Source: Candidatus Niyogibacteria bacterium (lineage in GTDB: Bacteria; Patescibacteriota; Minisyncoccia; HO2-45-28). From it: 64,000 bases of DNA. Location: assembly GCA_016432485.1 (NCBI GenBank), contig CP066691.1:217294-281293 (forward strand), written 5' to 3'. Positions 37,571 through 47,614 of the stretch are shown in pieces. The first letter of the stretch is position 1; the number at the start of each line of letters is the position of its first letter. Both the position numbers and the translations under genes were made by a program. A model generated the notes under the pieces. That model did not search any database. It saw only the letters and a program-made list of their open reading frames with translations, and was not told the DNA's origin.

Positions 37571-38119
37571 TTGAAAAAAGAAATATACATATCAGTAGAT
37601 ATCGAAACTGACGGTCCAATCCCGGGTGATTATTCAATGATGTCGTTTGGCGCATGTGTTGTCGGTTCTCCCGAAATTAGTTTTTACCGGGAACTCAAGC
37701 CTATTTCGGATAAATTCATACCTGAAACCGTCGCGGTACCCGGGTTAAACAGAGATCAGCTAATTGAAACTGGCGTAGATCCCGCAATTGCCATGCAAGA
37801 ATTTGTTCTGTGGCTTAGTGATACTTGCGGACAAACTGCATGTCCTATTTTTATAGCATTCAACGCAACTTTTGATTGGATGTTCATAAACTGGTATTTA
37901 ATTCACTTTGTCGGCAATAATCCGTTCGGAATCTCCGGTTGGGATATCAAAGCGTACTATGCCGGCATCACACGGAGCAATTCCTGGTCTGACACTTCAA
38001 AGAAAAAAATGAATAAGAGATTTCTTTCTCCCAGACCACACACCCATAACGCTCTTGATGATGCTCGTGAACAAGCAGAAATTTTTATGCGCCTCCGCGA
38101 AGAAGCCAAATCATGTTAA
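37571..38119 (+). CDS. DEDDh 3'-5' exonuclease
   Basis: VDIETDG, FNATFD, HNALDDA; SD AAGGAGG before TTG. Confidence 0.9.
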   Translation: MKKEIYISVDIETDGPIPGDYSMMSFGACVVGSPEISFYRELKPISDKFIPETVAVPGLNRDQLIETGVDPAIAMQEFVLWLSDTCGQTACPIFIAFNATFDWMFINWYLIHFVGNNPFGISGWDIKAYYAGITRSNSWSDTSKKKMNKRFLSPRPHTHNALDDAREQAEIFMRLREEAKSC

Positions 38120-38166
38120 CTCCTCACCTCAAGACCCCGAAATAGGGGGTCTTTTCTATAAGAATT

Positions 38167-38475
38167 TCATTTCAATCCGGATTGCTTTCTTCGTTCTTCA
38201 ATAATCCGCTCTTGCTCTAACCTTCTTCTTTCCACATCCTTATCAATTTCTTCCAGTGCTTTTATCGCTCCTTCTTTATGCTCCGGGCAGTAAAATTCTC
38301 CTTCGATAAACCATCCATCTTCGTAAAATGCGAAATTATTATTTTCGCCCATACACTTATCACATTGCCTGGTTTCATCTTCTTGCAACCGCGCTCTTTC
38401 AATATAAAAGCCCTTTCCACGAAGTTCTTCTTCCAAACTTTTATCAATTTTTGGTTCCCCTTCCATATTTTTCAT
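38167..38475 (-). CDS. Hypothetical protein with CxxC...CxxH (possible Zn-binding)
   Basis: CDKC and CPEH. Confidence 0.55.
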   Translation of the reverse strand: MKNMEGEPKIDKSLEEELRGKGFYIERARLQEDETRQCDKCMGENNNFAFYEDGWFIEGEFYCPEHKEGAIKALEEIDKDVERRRLEQERIIEERRKQSGLK

Positions 38476-38589
38476 TATAGCTTACTCCGACACCCCACGA
38501 CACTCTTGTTATTTATTGACCAGATCGCACGAATTGTTATACTAAATTCAGTAATTGATACATCAAAACTTCGAACAGGGAGGCAGAAA

Positions 38590-38829
38590 ATGACGCTACA
38601 CCTTATCAACAACGGATGGATTCAACAATTTCTGATTTCACAGCCAGAAAGTGGTATGGGTTTTCAACAGATAGAACTTCATTTGAAGGACGGGAGAATA
38701 ATCCCGCAGCTTACAGCTGCTAACGCCGAATTCATTGAAATTCCGAGTCACTGTGGAAATATCACCGAGGACGACATTTTAAGAATCGCGATGCTTCATG
38801 GAGGGGTTGGACAAAAACCAACACCTTAA
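38590..38829 (+). CDS. Small hypothetical protein (QPESGMGFQ motif)
   Basis: SD GGGAGG, upstream promoter, downstream hairpin plus T-run. Confidence 0.6.
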   Translation: MTLHLINNGWIQQFLISQPESGMGFQQIELHLKDGRIIPQLTAANAEFIEIPSHCGNITEDDILRIAMLHGGVGQKPTP

Positions 38830-39046
38830 ATGTTTTTCAATATGGCCTGCCTTTGGCAGGTCTTTTTTATCCTCACGCGCCGTGACATCTCTTGATGTGT
38901 GATACGGATGGAAACATACAATAATCTCAATTTAGTTCAAAAAGTTTTGGTAAGCAAACTGGTATAAAAAGACGGGTTAGCAGGTTTCCCCACTAACCCG
39001 TCTGTGTTGTTTGCCGCATTGCACGGCCCTACTTCTGGCTGGCGAG

Positions 39047-39406
39047 CTAGGCCAGAAGCTTCTGGAGTGCCGACACCTCTGGTGTCACGATGTTGATGGG
39101 CTTGCAGAGGAACGCAATCAGCTCCTCGAGCGGGTGCCGGGGACCGGGCAGCAGGGCGCTGAAAACGTTCTCCTTGACAAGGAGCGCGCCGTCCGCGTCC
39201 ATGATGCGGACCTCGCAGTAACTGCCCTCCTCCCAGTGCTTGGCCTCCACCCGCACGGAAACGACGCAGGCACCGTTGGCGCCGAAGAGGCGGTAGAGAT
39301 TGGGATCGCTCTCGTCTTTCTCCGGGCGCAGGGCGCAGAACTTCTCGGCCACCTTCTCCCACAACCGCATCACCATGGTTCGGTTCTGTTGATCGTAATA
39401 TCTCAT
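39047..39406 (-). CDS. Hypothetical protein with GC-rich codons; probable start ATG 39406
   Basis: SD GGAGGTGA; TTGACA-17-TAGCAT promoter; terminator near 38966-39003. Confidence 0.65.
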   Translation of the reverse strand: MRYYDQQNRTMVMRLWEKVAEKFCALRPEKDESDPNLYRLFGANGACVVSVRVEAKHWEEGSYCEVRIMDADGALLVKENVFSALLPGPRHPLEELIAFLCKPINIVTPEVSALQKLLA

Positions 39407-39510
39407 GAAATCACCTCCTCCCTTTTTTGTCTCGGTCATTTATGTGCTACTCCTTTATATATGCTACACCCTTATTGTTATTTTGTCAAGCCCACAACGT
39501 TTATATTTAT

Positions 39511-40791
39511 TTACCACACCGTGCGAACAAACTTTTTGTGAATTTCTTTAAGCGCGCGGATAAAATAATCTATTTCTTCTTTGGTATTGTAAATATAAAA
39601 ACTTGCTCGTAATGTCGCGAGAACGCCCAAATGCTTCATCAAGGGTTGGGCGCAATGGTGGCCGGCGCGAACCGCTATGCCATATCGGTCAAGCATGGTT
39701 GCCGCATCATGCGGATGAATCCCGTCCCGGTAACATATTTTCGACAATTGTTGAAAATATGTTACTCCGCAAATATTAAACGAAATAATTCCGGTGCGGT
39801 CCTTTGTTTTTTCAAATCCGAGCAAGTCCACAAACGGCAGTTTTTTCATTTTTTCCAGCGCGTATTTTAAAAGTTCGCGCTCGTGATGCTCAATATTTTT
39901 CATTCCGATTTTTTTCAAATAATCAATTGCTTCGCCGAACAAAATCGCGCCTTCTATATTCGGTGTGCCCGCTTCAAACTTCCACGGCAAATCATTCCAA
40001 GTTACGCTTTTAGCCGTAACCTCGCGTATCATCTCGCCTCCTGACATAAACGGCTCCATACTTTCCAAAATTTCAGATCTCCCCCAAAGCGCGCCGATGC
40101 CTGACGGCGCTAGCATTTTATGACCCGAGAAAGCGAAAAAATCGCAGCCGATTTTACGAACGTTCACCGGAATGTGTCCGGCAGATTGAGCGCCGTCAAT
40201 CAAAATCAAAGCCCCGACTTTATGCGCCTCTTTACATATTTTTTCAACCGGATAAATATAGCCGGAGACGTTTGAAATGTGGGCTACGGCGACTAATTTT
40301 GTTTTTTTAGTCAATTTTTTTCTGAAATCCGTGAAATCAAAATCGCGCGTTGATGTTAATTTGACGATATCCAGTTTTAATCCGCGCTCGCGAGCCAGAC
40401 GCAGCCACGGCACAAAATTGGAATGATGCTCCGAAATCGTCGTCAGTATTCTATCGCCTCTTTTAAATTTTCGCCCCAAAGAGTAAGCGACTAAATTGAC
40501 GGCTTCGGTGGCGTTACGGGTGAAAATTATTTCTTTAGAACTTTGCGCGCCGATAAAATCGGCGGCTTTTTGTCGGGAGAGCTCAAATTCTTTCGTGATT
40601 TCTTCGGCCATCTGATAGGCCCCGCGATGCACATTGGCGTAAGAATGCGCGTATAGTTTTTTCAGCCGCTCCGTAATAATTTTCGGCTTCTGGGTAGTGG
40701 CGGCGTTGTCAAAATAAACAATAGCGCGTCCGTTTATTTTTCGCGTAAGTACCGGAAAGTCCTTTTTTATTTTTTTGAAATTAAAAATCAT
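39511..40791 (-). CDS. sufS: Cysteine desulfurase SufS with a 15-aa palindrome-derived insert
   Basis: DNAATTQKP, EHHSN, SGHKM, EAGTP, RAGHHCAQP. Confidence 0.97.
   Translation of the reverse strand: MIFNFKKIKKDFPVLTRKINGRAIVYFDNAATTQKPKIITERLKKLYAHSYANVHRGAYQMAEEITKEFELSRQKAADFIGAQSSKEIIFTRNATEAVNLVAYSLGRKFKRGDRILTTISEHHSNFVPWLRLARERGLKLDIVKLTSTRDFDFTDFRKKLTKKTKLVAVAHISNVSGYIYPVEKICKEAHKVGALILIDGAQSAGHIPVNVRKIGCDFFAFSGHKMLAPSGIGALWGRSEILESMEPFMSGGEMIREVTAKSVTWNDLPWKFEAGTPNIEGAILFGEAIDYLKKIGMKNIEHHERELLKYALEKMKKLPFVDLLGFEKTKDRTGIISFNICGVTYFQQLSKICYRDGIHPHDAATMLDRYGIAVRAGHHCAQPLMKHLGVLATLRASFYIYNTKEEIDYFIRALKEIHKKFVRTVW
39730..39765. repeat. Palindromic element copy 3 (36 bp), in frame within sufS
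   Basis: GTAACATATTTTCGACAA|TTGTTGAAAATATGTTAC. Confidence 0.9.
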
Positions 40792-41388
40792 TTAAACTAA
40801 AAGTGTTTTTATAATTTTCTCCGTTTCCGCCAAACCCAAACCGGCCCGCGAAAGGGGCGCTGATAAAAATCCCGCGCTTTTCAGCCGCTCCGCCTTAATC
40901 CGGTCAACTCCTCTTGTCGCCATATAAAAAATATCTTCGTCGGATATTTTAGATACGGTTGCCGCGTGTCCCGCCCGTTCAACTTCGCTTGTCAGTATTT
41001 CCAGACGGGGGTCTACGCGACAGCTTGCCTCATCAAAAATAATCGCCCGTCCGTCAAACCATGCGCTGGAATTCTTCGCGGCGCTACCAACCTTCACGTT
41101 CCCGGCAATCTCTCCCGATGAATCGTCTCTGCCGATGCAGCGAACCATAGTGTTTGAAAAAGAATTTTCTCCCAGATGGTTCACGCGTATATTTATGCTT
41201 ATTTTATCCGTTTTACTCGCCGAAAACAAAAAAATATTGGTCAACTTTGCCCATTCGGCCAGATTGAATTCCAGATTCCCCGCGAAACTTTTTACCCCAC
41301 CTAAAAGCCAGACAAAGGTTTTTTTTTGGTTGGAGGAGATGCGAAAATTTTTGTCTATTTTTTTACTTTTAATAAATTCTATTTTCAA
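40792..41388 (-). CDS. sufD: Short SufD-family protein
   Basis: PRLEI, GHAATV, IFYMATRG; between sufB and sufS. Confidence 0.85.
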   Translation of the reverse strand: MKIEFIKSKKIDKNFRISSNQKKTFVWLLGGVKSFAGNLEFNLAEWAKLTNIFLFSASKTDKISINIRVNHLGENSFSNTMVRCIGRDDSSGEIAGNVKVGSAAKNSSAWFDGRAIIFDEASCRVDPRLEILTSEVERAGHAATVSKISDEDIFYMATRGVDRIKAERLKSAGFLSAPLSRAGLGLAETEKIIKTLLV

Positions 41389-41426
41389 AATTTTTAGAAA
41401 TTAGAAATTAGTAATTAGAAATTGCA

Positions 41427-42818
41427 TCATCCCACGCTTCCTTCCATTTCCAATCTTAATAAATGATTGAGCTCGGCAGCGTATTCCATCGGCAGTTCCC
41501 GCGTAAGATCGCTTAAAAATCCGGAAACCAAAAGGCCGAGCGCGTCCGATTCCTTTATTCCGCGCGAGCCAAGATAAAAAATTTTATCCTGTCCGACCTT
41601 TGAAACCGAGGCCTCATGCTCAATACTTGAAGTCGGTTCTTTAATATCCATTGTCGGGTAGGTATCGGAGCGCGAAAGTTCATCAAGCAATAAAGCGTCG
41701 CATACCACTTTACTTTTGGAATTTTTAGCGCCCTTAATTATTTTAACCATGCCCCGATAACTTGTCCTTCCGCCGCCGGAAGCCACGGATTTTGAAATAA
41801 TCCGGCTTGATGTCTCCGGCGCCAGATGCACGGCCTTACCTCCGGCGTCCTGATGCTGGCCGGCGCCCGCGTAAGCCAAAGACAATACCGAACCGCGCGC
41901 CTTTGGACCGCGCAAAAAAATACTCGGATATTTCATGGTTGCGCCCGAGCCGATATTTCCGTCAATCCATTCAACATTAGCTTCTTCTTCCGCGAAAGCG
42001 CGTTTGGTCACAAGATTATAGACATTTTTAGACCAATTTTGAACGGTGGTGTAGCGCACATTCGCTCCTTTTTTTGCGATGATTTCAACTACGGCCGCGT
42101 GCAAAGACGCGGTTGAATAATTAGGCGCGGTGCATCCTTCAATATAGTGCACGCTTGAGCCCTCTTCGGCAATAATCAAAGTCCGCTCAAATTGGCCCAT
42201 ATTTTTGGCGTTAATCCTGAAATAGGCCTGCAGGGGAATTTCAACTTTTACTCCGGCCGGAACATAAACGAAACTTCCGCCCGACCAGACGGCGGAATTA
42301 AGAGCCGATAGCTTGTTATCCGCGGGAGGAATAACCGTGCCAAAATATTTTTTGAAAATTTCAGGATATTTTTTATAGCCGGTGTCGGTGTCGCAAAAAA
42401 TAACCCCCCTGCTTTCCCAATCGCCTTTTATATTGTGATACACGACTTCCGAATCGTATTGCGCCGAGACCCCCGCCAAATATTTTCGTTCGGCTTCAGG
42501 TATCCCCAATCGCTCAAAAGTATTTTTTATGTAAGGCGGCACTTCGTCCCAACTTACGCTTTGGCGCTCGGCTGGACGGACAAAATAAATAACATCGTTA
42601 AAATCAATACCCGATAAATCCGCGCCCCACTCGGGCATTTTTTTGTCATTAAAAATTTGAAGCGAGCGCGAACGAAAATCGCGCATCCACTTATCTTCGC
42701 CTTTTATTGCCGAGAGTTCCCTCACGACATTTTCAGAAAGTCCCGCCCGAAAAGCGCTCACCGGCTTTTCCTTATCAAAAAATCCGTATTTGTATTTGAA
42801 TGTTTTTATATTGGGCAT
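41427..42818 (-). CDS. sufB: Fe-S assembly protein SufB
   Basis: GQFERTLI, HYIEGCTAP, HEASVSK, MEGSVG. Confidence 0.98.
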   Translation of the reverse strand: MPNIKTFKYKYGFFDKEKPVSAFRAGLSENVVRELSAIKGEDKWMRDFRSRSLQIFNDKKMPEWGADLSGIDFNDVIYFVRPAERQSVSWDEVPPYIKNTFERLGIPEAERKYLAGVSAQYDSEVVYHNIKGDWESRGVIFCDTDTGYKKYPEIFKKYFGTVIPPADNKLSALNSAVWSGGSFVYVPAGVKVEIPLQAYFRINAKNMGQFERTLIIAEEGSSVHYIEGCTAPNYSTASLHAAVVEIIAKKGANVRYTTVQNWSKNVYNLVTKRAFAEEEANVEWIDGNIGSGATMKYPSIFLRGPKARGSVLSLAYAGAGQHQDAGGKAVHLAPETSSRIISKSVASGGGRTSYRGMVKIIKGAKNSKSKVVCDALLLDELSRSDTYPTMDIKEPTSSIEHEASVSKVGQDKIFYLGSRGIKESDALGLLVSGFLSDLTRELPMEYAAELNHLLRLEMEGSVG

Positions 42819-43564
42819 TTTAAGTATGAATAGCCCGACTCGCCTATACGCTCGGCCAAATCCGCACTACCGCTTTTAACGATTTCGCCATCAATCATAA
42901 TATGGACTTTATCCGGCTTGATATATCGCAAAATTCTTTGGTAGTGCGTAATTAAAATCACCGCCATGCCTTTGTCTTTAAAAACCGATATTTCCTCGCC
43001 GATTTTTTTTAAGGCGTCAACGTCAAGACCCGTGTCAATTTCGTCAAAAACGGCAAGGCGCGGCCCGAGCATCTGCATTTGCGCGAGTTCCAGTTTTTTT
43101 CTCTCGCCGCCTGACGCCCCGTCGTTAACGGCGCGCATTATGAAATCGTCCGCAAGCCCTATTTTTGAAAACCTTTTTCCGATTTCGTCTCTTAATCCGA
43201 AAATGTCGGTATTATTTTTCGTTTTTCGTTTTATGCTTCGCGCTTCGCCCGCCGCCTGCATTAAAGAAAAAAAACTCACTCCTTCAAGGGCGGGGGGCGT
43301 TTGAAATCCTAGAAAAATTCCGAGGCAAGCGCGCTTTTCGGGCTTTAAACCGTTTATTTTTTTCCCGTTGAAATTTATCTCCCCTTTTTTAATTTTATAA
43401 TCGGGGTGTCCGGCAATGCTCATAGCCAAAGTGCTTTTGCCCGAACCGTTAGGGCCCATTATCACATGGGTTTCGCCGGAATTCAGCGTGAAATTTATGT
43501 TTTTTAAAATCGGCTTACTTTCAATGCCGACACGCAAATTTTTTATTTCCAAAAGCCGGGGCAT
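42806..43564 (-). CDS. sufC: Fe-S assembly ATPase SufC
   Basis: GPNGSGKST, SGGERKK, DEIDTGLD, ITHYQR. Confidence 0.97.
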   Translation of the reverse strand: MPRLLEIKNLRVGIESKPILKNINFTLNSGETHVIMGPNGSGKSTLAMSIAGHPDYKIKKGEINFNGKKINGLKPEKRACLGIFLGFQTPPALEGVSFFSLMQAAGEARSIKRKTKNNTDIFGLRDEIGKRFSKIGLADDFIMRAVNDGASGGERKKLELAQMQMLGPRLAVFDEIDTGLDVDALKKIGEEISVFKDKGMAVILITHYQRILRYIKPDKVHIMIDGEIVKSGSADLAERIGESGYSYLKCPI

Positions 43565-43608
43565 TATCAGCCAAAACTACCACTTAAAACCCATGAAATC
43601 AAAGGCCC

Positions 43609-44841
43609 CTAAAACCTCGCGCCGTAAAGCCATATTTTTAACGCTTTCTTAAAAGGCAAAATGCTCAAAAAATAGCCCAAAGCGATGAAGCGTTTTAAAA
43701 ACCAGCCAAAAAGTCCGCTTAATTTTAACCAACCCAAATCAATTACGGCGTATTTTCCTCCGAGGGGCATGACAAAACGCGACTGGCGCGGATGGTATTT
43801 AAAAACCTTCCGGCCGCAAAGTTTTCTTTTTACGGAATAAGCGGCGTAAATTCCATGCGAAATCGCCGTTTGAGCCGTCATGGGAAGCGGCTTTTTGTCA
43901 AAACCCTCGCAATAAGCGATATCTCCCAAGACAAAAATATCCTCGCGCTTGTCCGGATGCAGATATTTATCAACGACGATGCAAGAACCTTTACTTTTTT
44001 CAATATCGGTTATTTTTTCCGCAAGATCATTGGCTTTGACTCCGGCAGTCCATATCAAAACATCGTAAGCGACGGGCCGTCCGCTTTTTAAAGAAATAAT
44101 TCCGTCTTGAACGTCCACCACCGGATCGCTGACAATGATTTTCACTCCCAAATTTTTCAGGCGCTCCTCGGCTTTTTTTCTGGCCCACTCGCCCAAGGCC
44201 CCTAGAATCATAGCCGAACCCTCAATGATTGAAACGCGGACGCTGTCTTTCGGATGGCCATGCAAATACGAAAGCTGGTCCGTGAAATTAATAATTTCCG
44301 AAGCAACCTCGCAGCCGGTAAAGCCGCCTCCACCAACCACGATGTTAATCGCCTCCTGCTTGGCCTTACGCGAAAAAACTTCGTCAATGGCGTTTCTGAC
44401 ATTTAAAGAATCGGCCGTGGTTTTAAATTCCAAGGCGCGCGATTTCAGACCCGGAATGCCGTAAAAATTGCTGACTGACCCGGCCGCGATAATCAGCCAA
44501 TCGTATTTTATTTCTTCTCCCGAAGCCAGTTTGACGGATTTATTTTTAAAATTGAATCCGTCCGCTTCGGCAATCATAATTTCAACATTTTCGCTGCCCT
44601 CAAAAATTTCAGCAAGCGGTATAGTTACGCTTGAAAACATCAGACGGAATTTAGCCCGACTAAAATGCTCTTTGTGGTCGGGTGACGGAGAAAGAAGTTT
44701 GTAATAATCCGGCGTATAAGAGTGATATCCGTTTTTATCAATAAGAATTATTTTAAGGTCGCGTTTATGCCGCGCCAAGTCCAGCGCGGCTCTGACGCCC
44801 GCGAATCCTCCGCCGATAATCGCCACTATTTTTTCTCGCAT
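43609..44841 (-). CDS. ndh: Type II NADH dehydrogenase-family flavoprotein
   Basis: GGGFAG, GGGGFTGCE, IWTAGV, GD, PMTAQ. Confidence 0.85.
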   Translation of the reverse strand: MREKIVAIIGGGFAGVRAALDLARHKRDLKIILIDKNGYHSYTPDYYKLLSPSPDHKEHFSRAKFRLMFSSVTIPLAEIFEGSENVEIMIAEADGFNFKNKSVKLASGEEIKYDWLIIAAGSVSNFYGIPGLKSRALEFKTTADSLNVRNAIDEVFSRKAKQEAINIVVGGGGFTGCEVASEIINFTDQLSYLHGHPKDSVRVSIIEGSAMILGALGEWARKKAEERLKNLGVKIIVSDPVVDVQDGIISLKSGRPVAYDVLIWTAGVKANDLAEKITDIEKSKGSCIVVDKYLHPDKREDIFVLGDIAYCEGFDKKPLPMTAQTAISHGIYAAYSVKRKLCGRKVFKYHPRQSRFVMPLGGKYAVIDLGWLKLSGLFGWFLKRFIALGYFLSILPFKKALKIWLYGARF

Positions 44842-44959
44842 AAAATCATTTTAACGCATTTATCAATATAAGCATATCGCGTATTTCTACCTTTGACTTT
44901 TGAATTCGGGGAGGTACGATTGAAATAGATAAAATAGATAATTTGAAAAGGAGTAGACA

Positions 44960-45457
44960 ATGCTAGCGCTGAAAATGTTGGGTGCCAGAATGGCCGGCGT
45001 AATTTATGTCTGGGCTCTCTTTTACTGTTTCTTGACGGTGATGCAAAAAAATCTTGAAACAATGAAATTTTTTGCCGGCGCAAAAGATATTCAAACATTC
45101 ATCATTATTTCAAGCCTTATATACACGGGAATCGCGCTCATCATAACGGACTGGGCGGTTAGTTGGATTTTTTACAAAGTCAAAAGCGGATTCGTATATA
45201 TGGCTGCCGTGTCTTTAATCTATAGCGCGCTTATACTGATACCGAGCATCAAACTGCCGTCTCAAACAATGGTGCCTCTTATACTGCTTGCCGTAGTCGG
45301 AATGATAATCTGCATAATCAGAATCAATAACTATATGGAAAAATTGAAATTCGGACTCAAAGCAAAACTCTTTATCGGTGTGTATGTCATCATAGAATTA
45401 ATAATTATGACAGCCGGCATCGTCATGATATCCATAGCCCTGCGTCCGCCCGCCTAA
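44960..45457 (+). CDS. Hypothetical multi-pass membrane protein
   Basis: About five hydrophobic segments; SD AAGGAG; terminator at 45463-45495. Confidence 0.7.
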   Translation: MLALKMLGARMAGVIYVWALFYCFLTVMQKNLETMKFFAGAKDIQTFIIISSLIYTGIALIITDWAVSWIFYKVKSGFVYMAAVSLIYSALILIPSIKLPSQTMVPLILLAVVGMIICIIRINNYMEKLKFGLKAKLFIGVYVIIELIIMTAGIVMISIALRPPA

Positions 45458-45502
45458 ATTGCAAACGGCTAAACCCTCTCTGGTTTAGCCGTTTTAATAT
45501 TG

Positions 45503-45577
45503 TGGAGCCGCCCCCGAGATTCGAACTCGGAACCTACGGTTTACAAAACCGTTGCTCTGCCATTGAGCTAGGGCGGC
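45503..45577 (-). tRNA. tRNA-Thr(TGT), CCA encoded
   Basis: GCCGCCC/GGGCGGC acceptor, ACGGT-TTTGTAA-ACCGT, TTCGAAT. Confidence 0.97.
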
Positions 45578-45585
45578 AATTTATT

Positions 45586-46104
45586 TTATTTTTGAGAATC
45601 ATCTTTTTCGCGCCCATCGCCGCCGTTTTTCAAGCCGTTTTTGGCCTCGCGCATTTCATTCCAAAATTCCGCGTTCTTACTATTACCGTTACCATTGCCA
45701 TTACCGTTACTCTCGTTCACGGACAAATTATTGCCGTTTACTTCGCCGTTGCTCTGCTGCGCGTGCGGGCCATTGCCATTTTTAATGGCAACTCTGCGCC
45801 CGTGAAAATAATCCGAGAGACGATGCAAAAGAGTTTCGGTTTTCAAAGTTATGAGCCGAGAACGCCTTAATATTTTCTCCCCAACCTTAAACAAGGCCGG
45901 CCTGACTACGCTCGCGATAAATCCTTCAAACGGCTGAACCACGTCCTTACGGACAAAGTCAAAAAAGGGAGGCTGGTTTTTTATTATGGCCTCGCGTTCT
46001 TCTGCCGCCAGAAAACGCAAAGACATAATCCTGCGCCCCGCCAAAAAAACAATTCCGATGAAGCTTAAAAAACCCAAAGACGCGAAAAATATCGTGGCGA
46101 ACAT
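45586..46104 (-). CDS. Membrane-anchored hypothetical protein with an NG-rich tail
   Basis: N-terminal transmembrane helix; co-oriented after tsf. Confidence 0.65.
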   Translation of the reverse strand: MFATIFFASLGFLSFIGIVFLAGRRIMSLRFLAAEEREAIIKNQPPFFDFVRKDVVQPFEGFIASVVRPALFKVGEKILRRSRLITLKTETLLHRLSDYFHGRRVAIKNGNGPHAQQSNGEVNGNNLSVNESNGNGNGNGNSKNAEFWNEMREAKNGLKNGGDGREKDDSQK

Positions 46105-46109
46105 AATGT

Positions 46110-46559
46110 TTATAAAGTTATTCTATAAAACTTAGCGATTTCTACGTTCTCGCCGAATTTGGAAATAATTTCTTTGAGATAATCCCCGACCGTTTTTGAT
46201 TGGTCTTTTATAAACGGCTGGCCCATCAGATCTTCAATTTTTTCGGCTTCCATGGCTGCCGCCTGCATAGCTAAATCGTGGACAAAAGTTCTGAACTCCG
46301 GGTTTCTGGACACAAAATCGGTCTCGGTCCTGACCTCAATCAAAACTCCGAGCTTCCGGTCACTATGGATATAAGCGTCAACCACTCCGGCACGCGTTTC
46401 CCGCTGCGATTTTTTAGCAGCGAATTCAACTCCTTTCCGCTTCAAAATTTCAAGAGCTTTATTGAAATCGCCGCCGGATTCATCCAGAGCCTTTTTACAT
46501 CCGGTTATGGACGCGCCGCATAGCAGACGCAATTTTCGCACCGTATCCAAATCAGACAT
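46110..46559 (-). CDS. tsf: Elongation factor Ts (short form)
   Basis: CKKAL, ETDFV, GENV; downstream of rpsB. Confidence 0.96.
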   Translation of the reverse strand: MSDLDTVRKLRLLCGASITGCKKALDESGGDFNKALEILKRKGVEFAAKKSQRETRAGVVDAYIHSDRKLGVLIEVRTETDFVSRNPEFRTFVHDLAMQAAAMEAEKIEDLMGQPFIKDQSKTVGDYLKEIISKFGENVEIAKFYRITL

Positions 46560-47313
46560 CTTTTTTTGACCCTTCTTCGGTTTTAACCCGGATTAATTCC
46601 GCGCCGGATTTAAAAGCCGCAACCAATCGATCCAAAATATATTTTATACTTGAATGAGCCGAGTCATTGGCCGGAATGATATAAACCACCGAATCAGGAT
46701 TGCAATCCGTATTCACGATACCCACTGTTTTCAGACCGATCTTTTTGGTTTCGCGGGTGGCTGTTTTTTCCTCACACGGGTCAATAATCAAAACGGCATC
46801 AGGTATTTTTTTTAACGAAACCAGACCCGCGAATTTACGCTCAAGATTGGCGATTTCGTCGTTTAAAACCAGCTGTTCTTTTTTAGTGTATTTGGCCAAT
46901 TCTCCCGAAGATCTTTTAATCTTCAAATCCTCAAGGTAATCAAGACGTTTGCGCATAACGCTGAAATTAGTCAAAAGCCCGCCGGGCCAGCGCCTGGCAG
47001 AATAAGGCATTCCCAATTCCTCGCCGGCTTTTTCCACCAAAAGCGCGGCCGACGGCTTGGAGCCAACCAAAAGCAATACCCCTCCTTCGGAAGCAATTTT
47101 TTTTAAAATCTCCTCGGCTTCGCGCAGTTTCCCCCTGACTTTCTCCAGATCAAAAACCTCAACATTATTGCGTAAACCGAATATATAAGCCTTCATTTTG
47201 GGATGACGCCGCGTTCGGGAATAACCTAAATATAAACCGGCCCGAAACATTTCTTCTATTTCGGGATCAACGACCGCGGCTGTTTGAGCCTCTTTTACAT
47301 CTACTTCAGGCAT
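46552..47313 (-). CDS. rpsB: 30S ribosomal protein S2; probable start ATG 47313
   Basis: HPKMK, RWPGGLLTN, IPAND. Confidence 0.97.
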   Translation of the reverse strand: MPEVDVKEAQTAAVVDPEIEEMFRAGLYLGYSRTRRHPKMKAYIFGLRNNVEVFDLEKVRGKLREAEEILKKIASEGGVLLLVGSKPSAALLVEKAGEELGMPYSARRWPGGLLTNFSVMRKRLDYLEDLKIKRSSGELAKYTKKEQLVLNDEIANLERKFAGLVSLKKIPDAVLIIDPCEEKTATRETKKIGLKTVGIVNTDCNPDSVVYIIPANDSAHSSIKYILDRLVAAFKSGAELIRVKTEEGSKKDV

Positions 47314-47377
47314 AGGAGCTATTTTAAGATATATTGATAGATTGCGCAAGATCGGTTTTTATGCTAGGGTATAAGTT

Positions 47378-47614
47378 ATGAAAAAAGATATCCATCCGGC
47401 TTATTTCCCCAGTGCCGCAATAAAATGCGCCTGCGGCAAGACATATAAAGTCGGTTCAACCAAAGAAAAGATAGAGATTGAAATATGCGCTAATTGTCAT
47501 CCGTTTTTTACCGGAAAGGAAAAACTCATTGATACCGCGGGCCGCGTAGAAAGATTCAAGGCTAAAAGAGAAAGGGCGGCTAAAATCGCGCCGAAAAAGA
47601 AAGGTAAAAAGTAA
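47378..47614 (+). CDS. rpmE: 50S ribosomal protein L31
   Basis: MKKDIHP, CACG, CHPFFTG, GRVERF. Confidence 0.98.
   Translation: MKKDIHPAYFPSAAIKCACGKTYKVGSTKEKIEIEICANCHPFFTGKEKLIDTAGRVERFKAKRERAAKIAPKKKGKK

Noticed and set aside
45670-45790. NGNGNG-coding repeat as a mobile element
   Set aside because: Consistent with ordinary low-complexity codon slippage.
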